In this document: piece by piece, positions 13,550-31,044 of the stretch
How positions within the stretch are numbered: the first letter of the stretch is position 1
Layout: the number at the start of each line of letters is the position of its first letter
Source of the DNA: Selaginella moellendorffii
Taxonomy: Eukaryota; Plantae; Lycopodiophyta
Reading direction: 5' to 3'
NCBI RefSeq assembly: GCF_000143415.4
Contig: NW_003314415.1
Location: forward strand, 136,772-200,771
Length of the DNA: 64,000 nt
Notes under the pieces: generated by a model
The model's input: only the letters and a program-made list of their open reading frames with translations
Told to the model about the DNA's origin: nothing
Databases searched by the model: none
Translations under genes and position numbers: made by a program

Positions 13550-14771
13550 GGTGGCAGGAGCTAGAGATTGAGCAAAAGGATGAATGCCAGGGAGTTCTAG
13601 GAGAGATGCTTTGGTGATGATGGTCTAGAATGGACCTAGATTTATATTGTCCTCGACTTAGTGTTTGAATCAACCATCGCTGGATTGTTGATCATACTCC
13701 ATGTGCACGATCTCTGAATGAAAGAGTTTTTTATGCTGTTGCTTTTCAGCAGCAGTATGATCAACAATCCAGTGATTCCACAACTTGCCAGCAAGATGCA
13801 ACAAGATGCCAGCAAGATGCAGCAGTATGATCAACATACTGCTGGTATAGGCCTTAGCATTCGGCTTCCATGAGCAAGACTGCTACAAGGTCGGGGTCCT
13901 GGAACACGCACAGCAGCAAGCCAGGATGGGAAAGGTGCCTCTGTATCAACAGCCAGAGTACTGCTGTGCAGGACAGCAAGGGAGCCATGCCAAGCAGCAG
14001 CTCCATACTGCTGCATCTTGTTGGCATCTTGTTGCATCTTGCTGGCCTTGATTGTCCATCTCACCCGTTTGCCACAACTCTTTCATTCAGAGATTGAAAA
14101 TCACGGGCACATGGAGTATGATCAACAATCGAGCAATGGTTGATTCAAACACTAAGTCGAGGACAATATAAATCCAGGTCCATTCTAGACCATCATCACC
14201 AAAGCATCTCTCCTGAAACTCCCTGGCATTCATCCTTTTGCTCAATCTCTAGCTCCTGCCACCATGACACTCTCCAGCCCCGTCATTGGCACCGTCCAAG
14301 TTGTGGGAAACACCTCGGGTGGCACCGACTATCAGCTTGAAGCCTGGACTAGCGGGAAGGTCATCCGCCAGATCCAAGTGTGGGACGATGGTAACAAAAC
14401 CAAGTCAAGTTGTGGCAGACGGGTGAGACGGACAATCAAGGCCACCTCTACGGCAGCCCCGCTGGAAGCTCGTACACCTACACTTTCCAGCCCGGGGAGC
14501 TCATCACGTCCATGTCCCTCTGGCTTGGCGAATGGGATCACGTTGGTAAGCTTGCTCCATCACTTCTTCTTGGTATGCATTATACCTTGGCTCGTGCTTT
14601 TGGACGACCAGGTGATCGAGCCGGTGCTACCATGTTTACCACAAGCCTCGGCAATACTTTCCAGCATGGATACCAAGGTGGAAGCGCGACGGTGATCAAT
14701 GTCTACTCTGGGATCCTGGTGGGAGCCGACATCCGTGCCGGTGACGACCTAAATGCATGGGGCTTTGCGTT
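13038..14771. repeat. Large inverted repeat: arms ~13038-13727 and ~14075-14771, with an inner 43-bp IR at 13787-13829/14004-14046
   Basis: The arms cover the promoter, 5' UTR and lectin-coding region of copies B and C, compared directly as reverse complements. Confidence 0.9.
14167..14173 (+). promoter_or_regulatory. Probable TATA box of toxin copy C (mirrored at 13640-13646 for B and 6245-6251 for A)
   Basis: TATAAAT ~95 nt upstream of the ATG, retained in all three copies. Confidence 0.6.
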
Positions 14772-15327
14772 CCTCAGGCCTCTTGTTTCGTGCCAGCTAC
14801 AGGATGTCACGTATGGCGATCTTTCAATGGGGTCTGTTTCGCTTCAAAGTCTAGACAGCTATTCCACCAACGTTGCTGGAGACGGCTCCTTTTCAAGCTC
14901 TGAGCAGTCTAGCATCCAAAAGACCATCTCGAGCTCTTGGTCCCAGTCCGAGGGAGTCACGTCCTCCATGGATGTTACGGTCACTGCGACGATCCCGGAG
15001 ATTGGCGAAGTTGGGGGCGCGGGCGCCGGGACAAAGTACGAGTGGCAGGAAAGCGAGACATACACGTCGCAGGCATCGATCCAGGCCGTGCAAACGCTCA
15101 CCTGGTCAGTGAACTGGACTCTCGTGGCTGGACAAAGCATAAGCCTCCAGGCTCAGACCCATACGGGGTCTATCAACGTTCCATACCAGGGTACCATGGT
15201 TGTCACCGTGGTAGAGACAACGGGTGATCCTCCAACGTTTTCGTTTGAGACTTTCAACTTCCCACAAAGTGGGACGTACACTGGTGTGTCTGTCACTGCA
15301 ATTGAAGTTCCCATCACGGTCAGCTGA
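14264..15327 (+). pseudogene. Jacalin-aerolysin protein, copy C; 4-nt frameshift deletion near 14403; distinct pore domain
   Basis: ACC AA GTC AAG versus ACC AAA GCT GTC AAG in copy B. Intron 14546-14611. C-terminal SSSWSQSEGVTSSMDVTVTATIPEIGEV...INVPYQGTM...SGTYTGVSVT is typical of the aerolysin/ETX-MTX2 fold. Confidence 0.85.
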
Positions 15328-15408
15328 TTCAATGGAAATATAATATGATAATAAGTTCAACCTTTTAATGTTTTTGTTCCGAGATGAAATGTGGTTACCC
15401 TAGCAGCT

Positions 15409-15709
15409 ATGGTTCTTGTCGGAGCGGCGCTCGAGACTTTGGATGCTCAAGACGCGGCGACCAAGGTACCACTTTGCTCAGATTTGCGAAGCGATTGCGT
15501 GTTTCTTGACTACTAAGTTGTAGTTGGCTTGGCTCTTGGGTCATCCCACTTTGGTAGCCGCCGCTGATGCTTTCAAGGCATCGCCGGCGATAGAGATCAA
15601 ACAGTCCGGCACTCCGCGTTTCGTGTGTGTTTTGCAAAAGGAATTCGCGACCGCTACTCCAGAGTTTGTGGATGTAAGATCGATTTGGAAAGAAGCTTGG
15701 TTGCAACTC

Positions 15710-15772
<63 letters not shown>

Positions 15773-16288
15773 CTGTCTGTGTCAGTTTGTTGGCACAGAT
15801 GATGCAACAACTTGTGTGGGAGTGGGAATCCGAGATCCCAAATCCGGACTGTAAGGATGCTCCAAGTTGGTGTGTTACGCTTCTGATGGCTTTGCAGAAC
15901 AAGCATCGGGCATTTGGACTTTGCAGGCTGCGTGAAAGAAGGCCTCGCCCAAATGCTTTCTTCGCTTTTTCCGGACAAGGACACCATCCTCGAGGTTTTT
16001 TTTCTTTCTTTTTCCCCTGGTTTGTGAGTTGATTTCTACTGCTTGCCTTCTACACAGGTCCATATGGCTGGTGCTTACGATGACTCCATCGACATGGAGC
16101 TCCGAGAAGATGAGATGGGACACTCTTGGCCTCTGTGCCTAGAACTTGTTGAGGAGTTGCAAGCTCTGCCTTACAAGCTGGAAATCCGGACGCTTTGCAT
16201 TCTCCGGCATAACACTGTCACAAGCGATGGGGGTTATCCTTGTCCTGCTGTGAGAGGCTTCGCGGTGAGCAAAGGTTCCACAGCTTCT

Positions 16289-16319
<31 letters not shown>

Positions 16320-16910
16320 GCCTGTCTCTCTGTTTTATCAGTTCTCCTGGTTTCGCAGATCGAAACAAAGTCTGGACGCTGTGTTCCAGCGAGTTTTTCA
16401 GCTGACGCCAGTGGTCCGGACGAAATCATTCGAGCACTCTCGATGCTGGCGGGGCCGGCATCCAGGCTCCGGTCCCCGTATGACACCGAGTCGGACACTT
16501 TCTCGATCAAACCATTCCAGTGGTATCAAGTCTTCTTTCACCTCGGTTTCCATCTTTTCTTCATGGTTTCTTTCTACCTTTCCAGGAGCCGAGGATGGAA
16601 AATGCTCGCAGCGCAGTCGCTAGCTCTGTCTGATGCCGAGCTACTCCAGACTCGATCAACGTCTCCACACGCAGAGAGCCCGAGCTTCGTCACCTCCATC
16701 AGAAGGTAGTGCAAGAGCCCCTTTCCTTTACATGCATCTTTACCACCTTTCAGGATGGACGCTTATATTTACAACCATCCGGACTGGGAACACGCATTTC
16801 CAAACCGAGAGAGCCGAAGGTTCGTAAGAGATCCTGGAACTGGGAGATGGATGCGAGCGGAAGACCCAAACTCAAAAAGAGTTGCAAGCACAGCCAAAGC
16901 TTTATGGTAG
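15409..16910 (+). CDS. NTAN1: Protein N-terminal asparagine amidohydrolase (multi-exon)
   Basis: Spliced: MVLVGAALETLDAQDAATK/LAWLLGHP...VLQKEFAT.../FVGTDDATTCVGVGIRDPKSG/LTSIGHLD.../VHMAGAYDD.../STSPHAESPSFV...; GT-AG introns in phase. Confidence 0.9.
15713..15767. repeat. (CT)n microsatellite in an NTAN1 intron
   Basis: Long CT run; the corresponding run in the duplicate copy is much shorter. Confidence 0.95.
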
Positions 16911-16965
16911 CTCTCGCTTTGAAAACCACAGGCTCTTCGTCACCACATCCCGAGAGAGAGCTTTG

Positions 16966-18303
16966 CTACGACAGATTCTCAAGCGAGGCAATCCACAAAG
17001 CGAGTCTCTCGTTCACTTGCGTTGGTATCTCGTCGTGAGGACAGTGTCCGGCTTGGAGCTTCACGAGCGTTGCGTCGTTGTAAAGAGCTTGGATCTTGTC
17101 AGCTTTCGAAGACGGGGCCAGTGGATCCGACTCTCCCCACAGCACTAGCAGCGGACAATCCAAATCTCGCAGAAGTTTCTCCAGGGATAAATCAGATGGC
17201 TGGAACAAGAAGCGAGAGATCATCCTGTTCCATGAAAAAAAAAAAGCCACTTTTTTCATAGTTTTTCATTTCTTTCCCTTCTACGAACCTGTAAAACACC
17301 TCTGCTGCGTTTGGATCCGCGGCAGGCTCGAGTATAGAATCGATAAGAAACTCGTCCACATGGCTCTTGTCTCTATACACCTGACAAAAAAATACAAACC
17401 AGACTTAAAGAATGAAAGAATGGATTCTTGGTTCTTGGGCTTACGTTGTTTAGTGCTGCCTGGATTCGCGAGCGTTGATTCAGCTGCTTGAAAACAAACA
17501 GTAGCGCTTCACGCCTTGCCCAGTCTCTAGCTTTCAAAAACGCCGGCCATCCAGCCGTGTTCTTCGTTGGTTTCTCGACAATCACCCGAGCTTTTCTACT
17601 CTGGAAACGACCAGCCGGGTTTACCAAAGCCAGTGCTGCGACGAGGTCGGGATAGAGCACTGCGGTCTGGAGAGAAGTAAGCCCACCAATGCTGTAAGCA
17701 CCAAGAAACTAGAGAGTAGAAGAGAAAAACTATGAACCAAACTTACCTGTTTCCAACAATCACAGCGGGTCTCTTGACAACTTGCTTGACGAAGTCCGCG
17801 ATCTGGCGGCTCCATAGCTGTGGATCATACTCGATCAAGGCCTTGTCACTCCATCCAAATCCCAGGAGGTCCAACGCAAAAACTTCGTGAGTTTTGGCAA
17901 GCTCGGGGATGTTGTATCTTGCAGCAAGCAAAAAGTTGGAGAAAAAACACACTCTCACACACAAGAAAAGAAAGAGCAAACCTCCAGTGATAAACAGATG
18001 CTCCAAAGCCATGGACGAGTAGAATTGGCACTCCTTTATGGCCCTGACGAACGTAGTGAATCTTGTGCTCTTGCCACTGCCAGTAATTGTGGCCGCCCTT
18101 CTTGAGCACAAGCTCTGGAAGTTCTTACAGTAAAGTCTAAGTTCTTCCTTGGAGATCAAATACCTGGAGCACTGGAGACGAACTCTTGCTGCTTGTGTGA
18201 AGAAGAACACCTCAATCTATCTAGCCATAGCTCAGCATTGGGATGAAAGCTCAGCTAGATCCTTACCTGGATGAAACACTGCCACCGCCATCGCCATAGC
18301 CAT
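16966..18303 (-). CDS. Alpha/beta-fold hydrolase (pheophytinase-like family), multi-exon
   Basis: PILLVHGFGASVYHW, ALDLLGFGWSDK, VIVGNS, PLLVLWGESDP and AGHCPHDE motifs. Confidence 0.88.
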
Positions 18304-18379
18304 TTCTCTTGGTATAAAAGAAAAGAGAGCAGCAAACTTTAAAACTTTGAAGGAAAGTTTTGGTTATAGAGTTTTTTTG

Positions 18380-18709
18380 TCAGCCACACCAGTTTAAGTT
18401 GCCACCCTTGTTCTCTACGCGCTCGTCCAGGTTGAGGCTCGTCCACTGGTAGCCGCCATGGAAATCCTTGCAAGACGCTGCGATGCCCTTGGAGCTCTGG
18501 CTCTCGCTCTCGGTGGCCATGTCTATGACTTCCAAGCCATAGCAAGTCTGGTAGAATCCCGAGCCTGGAGTTTCTAGCGTCCCATTGTTGTTGGAGATGT
18601 GAAGATCCAGCGAGAAAGAGCTCGCCAAAGGGCTCGGGTCGCAGATGGCCCAGAGATTATCATAAATCGTGAAAATGTTGTGGCATGTTTGGGAAAATCC
18701 TCCGCAAGC
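18380..18709 (-). CDS. Cyanovirin-N homologue (CVNH) lectin, main exon; upstream exon(s) unresolved
   Basis: After an AG acceptor: ACGGFSQTCHNIFTIYDNLWAICDPSPLASSFSLDLHISNNNGTLETPGSGFYQTCYGLEV...AASCKDFHGGYQWTSLNLDERVENKGGNLNWCG*. Two FxQTC...(S)LxLD..IxNxxGxL repeats as in cyanovirin-N. Confidence 0.85.
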   Translation of the reverse strand, partial: ACGGFSQTCHNIFTIYDNLWAICDPSPLASSFSLDLHISNNNGTLETPGSGFYQTCYGLEVIDMATESESQSSKGIAASCKDFHGGYQWTSLNLDERVENKGGNLNWCG

Positions 18710-19139
18710 CTGGAAACCAAGTCACGATTAAGTTTTTGGTGAAAAGAGAAGCTAAACAACCTCACTGTTCTTGAGCAACTGCAGCCCAATAAAAAGATCG
18801 ATCAACATCATGTTAGAAAATGGCCAGATGAACAAAAAGAGAAAAAAAGAGAAAAAGATCAGAAATAAAAGGCTTCGATCACTGCTTATACTAAGCAAAC
18901 GATGGACTTACACATGTCAAGCCTGTGTATCTCACCGAAGGAACATTGTCGTGTTCTTTCGATTGATCGAGGCCAGAGTTTCCAAGTTTCCAAATTTACG
19001 TGATGAATTCCCGATAAGTTATAACTTTGTTCTTATTGCCAGAGCGATAGCATTAAGTACTTTCTCGAGAGAAACCAAAGTAAGATACAAGATAGACAAA
19101 CTCTGCCATGTACCTGAGATCTCGCAGCGATGCTCTGGC

Positions 19140-20282
19140 TCAAAACAAGCTCCACTTCTTGGCCTTTTTCTTCTTCTTTTTGGAGCTGTCCTTTGGCGAG
19201 TGGAGCTTTCCTCCTCCATCGTGTTCTTCTTCTTCGTTTTCGTGCTCCATCCTCAGGAGTTCCTCCAGGTCCGAATCCTCATCACTGCCTCCTCCCGCGG
19301 GATTTGCCAGTTTCTCGAGCCGAGCTGCGTCCTTGGCCCACTCGATGACTTGCTGAGCCTCGCGAGTCAGTCTCTCCTCCTCGACCGATGCCACCGAGAG
19401 CTCCTTCTTAAGGTTCTTCACGTTTAAGTCCCGGAGAAGGCCATCCGCATCGATCTCCTCCTCGTCTTCGCCTTCGTCACCACCTTCTGTTTCAAAGCTT
19501 CTGGCACTTCCACCTAGACACTGGCTCTTCTTCTTCTGTTTTTTCTTCTTCTTCTCCAGCGAGACTTCGTCGGCCGCGGACGCTAGCAACCTGTTAACAC
19601 CATCGTTCTCCACCGAAGAGAAGCTTCCTTCGTCGGATCGCGACTGGCTTCTCGTTGGATCTTTCTTCTTAGTCATGCTAAGCTGCTTCAGCATCTTCAT
19701 CGGGGAGAAAGATCGGTTCTTGCTGGAAGAAGATGAGGAGGATGACGAAAGAGCTGAAGGAGACGACGAAACCTTGACCTGCTGACGCTGCTCCGGAGGA
19801 TTCGCTCCATGAAAAGAGTGTGATTCTTGAGAACCACTTGATGGAGACTTGAGTGCCTTGAGCCTGTTCTCGAGCTCAACGGCTAAGACGTCTTCTTCCT
19901 CCTCCTCCTCTTCTCCTTCATGATCTTCCTCCTCCTGATCTAGAGTAAGATCAAGCTCTTGCTGTGAACGAGAAGATTTCTTGGCATGGATGTCGACACC
20001 TGTGTCTTTGCCTTGATGATTTTTCTTCACTGCTGCTGCTGCCGCTGGTGGTGGTGGACGAGACTTGAGGTTCGCGAATCGAACGAGAAGATTACCCTCC
20101 AGCCCACCACCATCGTCCTGCCTTTCACCACTGCTAGGAGGGGCTTCGAATCCTTTAGCGGTCCTGTGACTAGTACCCACGGTGCTCAGCTTGAGCACAC
20201 TCTCTTCTTGGAACTGATTCAGCAAGTTCTCTACTTCTGCATCGTCGGCATTGCTAGAATCCCTGTTGTAAAATCCACCCAT
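19140..20282 (-). CDS. Uncharacterised intronless, low-complexity charged protein (380 aa)
   Basis: Long ATG-initiated ORF with D/E, S and K tracts and short helical motifs (LLVRFANLK, LENRLKALK, VIEWAKDAARLE). Confidence 0.8.
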   Translation of the reverse strand: MGGFYNRDSSNADDAEVENLLNQFQEESVLKLSTVGTSHRTAKGFEAPPSSGERQDDGGGLEGNLLVRFANLKSRPPPPAAAAAVKKNHQGKDTGVDIHAKKSSRSQQELDLTLDQEEEDHEGEEEEEEEDVLAVELENRLKALKSPSSGSQESHSFHGANPPEQRQQVKVSSSPSALSSSSSSSSSKNRSFSPMKMLKQLSMTKKKDPTRSQSRSDEGSFSSVENDGVNRLLASAADEVSLEKKKKKQKKKSQCLGGSARSFETEGGDEGEDEEEIDADGLLRDLNVKNLKKELSVASVEEERLTREAQQVIEWAKDAARLEKLANPAGGGSDEDSDLEELLRMEHENEEEEHDGGGKLHSPKDSSKKKKKKAKKWSLF

Positions 20283-20526
20283 CTTGAGAAGGAAAAACCC
20301 ACCTTGTCCTTGCTAGATTATCTTCTCCATCGCTTACACTACACGCATGAACCCAAGCCAGTGCTCAGTCTGAATCGCAGCTAGGCCCAGCCGTCGTCGT
20401 ACAGCATCTTCTTGTAGCCACCACAATTGACGCTCGCTGCTCTCTTTTGGTGACATCACCGGACTAGCCTAATGGAGAAAAGGAAAGTGGTGTTAGTAAA
20501 ATAGTACAGGAAGAAGGTAACTCACC

Positions 20527-24195
<3,669 letters not shown>

Positions 24196-24346
24196 GGCAA
24201 TGGGATGATAAAACCTAAGCCCGGGGAGAATACCATTCAACCATCAAATTAATATTCTCTTTAAGTTCTCTTATTAGTGGTAAGAATGTTTATCAAAACT
24301 TTGCTCCATAGCATTAGCTTTTATTCGCTCGTTTCTCTTCGCTCTT

Positions 24347-26488
<2,142 letters not shown>

Positions 26489-26702
26489 AGCCGAGGAGAG
26501 ATGCGTCGCGCCCTACTCGAAGCTCTCCCTGTGTAGAATCGTCCTCGATTATACCTACGTCTCCAATATAAAAGGGGAAAAAAATTTCAAAGGTGGAGGT
26601 AGAAGCAATCCTAGCCGCTCGTTTGGATGCTCAAGAACATTCCCATAAACCCTAATTTTTAGTCAGTCAACAAAAGGAGCTTTATTTCACTTGTAGTGAC
26701 TT

Positions 26703-27558
<856 letters not shown>

Positions 27559-27669
27559 GGCGCTCGCTCCCAAGAACCCTAAATTTGATAGTGCATTCAG
27601 ATTTAAAATCCAACGGCGGAGATTTGTATTACTTAATCGAACGGCCAGTATTCAATGGTGGAGATTCTT

Positions 27670-30308
27670 TCATTTTCTCTCTCGGAAATTTGCGAGGAGT
27701 TCTTCTCTTTCTTTTTGGCTCGCCGATACCATCCACTGGCTAAATTCTTTGACGCCCAATCCTTTGAACTTGGCGAGCTCGGAGAAGAGCTCCGATTTTT
27801 TCGTCGCTGGCTTTTGCTTCGCCGCTGTTGGTTCTTTGGAGCGATCCAATTCTTTGGCTGTTTGATCGCTCCGGTGTCTTTGCTTTGGCTTTGTTTCCTT
27901 TGGAGCGTTTGATCCCTCCGCTTCTCCCTGTGTTTGTTTTGGTTCCCTTCTTGTTGTTGATGCTGATTTTCGGACGGTCTTTTCTTCTATCACCCGAGTA
28001 ACTCTCGTTCTCCTGGTGATCGTTTCGCGCTCCTCGTCGCCTGAATCGATGACATCGACGAGTTCTTCAATCTTTTGGCCCCGAAGTAATCGAGCATTCA
28101 CCACCTCTTCGTTCTTGTGAGCGTAAACCACACCTACAAAACTCCGTAAGAAACAAACATCCGGTTCGCCAGAAAATCACGAACAATTACCTGATTTTGT
28201 CAGCATGTCTTGGAGTCCCACTGTTTCCTCTTCGTCTGTCTTCTGTGAGTCTTGCATATTTTCTTTCACCAGACGAGCAAGGCCGCTGACTCCATGCTCG
28301 TCATCTTCTTCTTCATCCCCGTCCTCAAGAGCTCTTGGCCTCCCTCTACGAGGCCTACACGGTTCATCGCTGTCGCTGTCGTAACTTTCGACCTGTATCT
28401 TCATTAATCTCTCTTCGTGCTGCTCAATGATGTCGCTTGTGAAGACTTTGTCTTGAAGATCCCGGAACAAGTTGCTCAGTCCAAAAAGCTCTCCTTTGTC
28501 ACCTTTGGAGTCCTGCCAATAACAAAGTTGAAACGAAAAAAGAAAGAAAAGAAGATGTTCTACCTGAACTCCTTCGAAGTATCGCTTCTCGCGATTTCCC
28601 GTGACTGCAAGGTTGAAAAGCTGCTGCTTGTATATTTGCCTGGTATAAATTAACTCCTCCAAAGACCCTGCAGCCAGTAACCGGAACACAGTGACATGGC
28701 GTTTCTGACCAAAGCGGAAAGAGCGATCTTGCGCTTGGAGATCTTGTGCTGGATTCCAGTTTGGATCAAAGACTACCACCCTGTTTGCACTCACCAGATT
28801 GAGTCCAAGACCACCAGCACGAGTAGAGATGAGGAACACCTGGAAAAGTAACAGTTTGTATAGAAAGAAAAAAACAAATCGTTCCACCACCTGTTTGCTA
28901 GGACTAGTATTGAACTCGTCGACAATGCCCTGTCTTGCATTCATAGGTGTTGAACCATCGAGCCGGCAAAAGCAGTATCCTCGACGAATAAGAAACTTCT
29001 CTAGAATTCCAAGCATCCTGTTTAAATACATGAATTCGCAAGTCAAACTCACCATAAAACTGTGTCACACCAACCTCACAGAGTAGCTAAAGAGCAGCAC
29101 CTTGTCACCTTGTGAAGTCCACTTGGACAAAAGGTTCTTCAGCGCAAGCATCTTGCCGCAATTCTGAGAGTCACTTAGACCGAGAAAGCTCTCATCTGGT
29201 TGAATGCCACCGAGAGAAGGAGCATCGTCACCGAACACTAGTGATGCAAACGCTGCGTCCTTCCTTCTCTTCTCGATATCGTCACTAAGATTTGGCTTAA
29301 GAAGCTCGAGATGATTGCTCACCTGGAGAAACCAACTCACGTTAGGAGATAAATGAGTAAAAACATGTTCAAACCTGCTGGAGTTTGTTCAAGCATGGAA
29401 GAACCAAGCAGCAGGGGCATGACTCGCATCCATCTGGATTGCCCTTGTGAAGATACGACCAAATCGGTCCCTTTGGAGCAGTTCTCAGGCAACACTTCGA
29501 GCTCGGCTCCTCACTACCGCAGCCACAAGGTTCGTTTTTCCTGACCAGGCACTGAAAGTCGGGACTTTCCAGGAGACGTTTGTAGACGCGCCTCTGTATA
29601 GGACTCATTGCGCAGAAGATGACAATGTCCTCCTTCCCTTTCAGCAGGTGTCCTATCGTCTCGTCTTTTGTTCGTCTCAAAGAGTACCTTCGTAGAACAG
29701 CCAATAGATGTTGTCTTCGTTTCTCCGCAAGCTCTACTAAAACCTGTGAGGCACTGATTTTCTGTCCCTGCTTGATTGGCTCATCGTAGTATCCTCGAAA
29801 ATGCTCTCTTGTCCCAAGGCATCCCGGAGCAGCCCACTCGAAAACGTTGAACAAATCGATCAACTTATTCTGTAAGATTGTCCCTGTCAACCCGAAGCGG
29901 CACTTCGTGCGTAGCCTGCAGCATGCCTTGTAGAGCTGAGACTTTTCGTTTTTCAGGCGGTGTGCCTCGTCCACAATCACACAATCCCAATCAATCTCCT
30001 GCAGCGAGCTTCCGTGTATTCTAAAAGTATCATGGCTGGTAATGACTACGTCGAGCTCGTCTCTCCGGACCTTGTCCACGATAGCCTCCCTTTGAGCACC
30101 ATGGTAAACGCCGAGAGGGAAGCTTCCCCAAGCTTCAAACTCCCGCTGCCAATTCTCTATCACTGAAGTTGGACAAAGCACCAGCACGACCTTCTTCTTT
30201 GCTTCACTTAAGTTTGCCTTCGATCGGAATGGAAGCCGAAAGAGCTCACCATCGTTGTGAAGTATAGCTGCGATGAAAGCTATCGACTGTATGGTCTTTC
30301 CAAGCCCC

Positions 30309-30343
<35 letters not shown>

Positions 30344-30919
30344 AAATCAAGAATAAACTTTTTGACGCGGCTTAGATGGTACTTACATATCATCACCAAG
30401 AATTCCACCGATTTTTTGCTTGTAGAGATTATAGAGAAACCGGACACCTTCACGTTGATGCTCCAGTAGCCTGCTATTAATCGGTGCTGGAACCTACAGC
30501 AGGAAAAATATCCATGACCAAAAATTTCTTGACAAAGAATGGCTAGAGAAATTGCAAGAAGGAAAGAAACAAGACGAAAAAACGTTTGAACAAACCTCTA
30601 CTCTCTCTGGTGATTCTTCGTCCGACAATACAAGAGGCTCGTATGGACCTTCTTTCTCGGATTGTACCAAAAGCCCAGCGTCGCTGTCCAAATTCTCCCC
30701 GGATTCTTCCTCGGCAGCCACAGAAGCAGCATTGTCTTCCTCGATTCTCACACACGGCCGTTTGAGAAGAGGCTCGTCGATTTTCTGAAGAGCTGTGCCG
30801 CTGGAATCCTCATACCTTTGCCTCTTGACGTTGCCGTATATCCGCGCCTTGGACGCCTCGAGCGACTCTAGCTGCTCGCGAATGCTCGTCTTGGCGGGCT
30901 TCCTGGCCAGCGTCTCCAT
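27670..30919 (-). CDS. SWI2/SNF2 ATPase, Switch2/CHR9 (ERCC6-like) type, multi-exon
   Basis: GLGKTIQS, VDEAH, LTGTILQN, RLDGST, STRAGGLGLNL and QAQDRSFRFGQ helicase motifs. Confidence 0.92.
30311..30338. repeat. (CA)n microsatellite in an intron
   Basis: Perfect dinucleotide run. Confidence 0.9.
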
Positions 30920-30933
30920 TACTACACTTCTAT

Positions 30934-30966
30934 AAACCCTAAAACTACAAAGAGAAAATAGGGTTT
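30934..30966. promoter_or_regulatory. Paired opposing telo-boxes in the divergent SWI2/PPR promoter
   Basis: AAACCCTAA followed by TAGGGTTT. Similar boxes occur near 26647, 27575, 35561, 39638 and 48446, each close to a gene start. Confidence 0.6.
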
Positions 30967-31044
30967 AAGCGCGCCTATCGCCAGTGCGAGAGATTTCGAG
31001 CGCCATTCTCTTTCTCGCAGGAAGATCCTCGCGTTCTTGCCGGA

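Noticed and set aside
3645-17308. Duplication as a haplotype-assembly artefact
   Set aside because: The units differ by a transposon insertion, a gene-sized deletion and many disabling changes, and unit 1 ends mid-exon, as expected for a real tandem duplication. Long reads would settle it.
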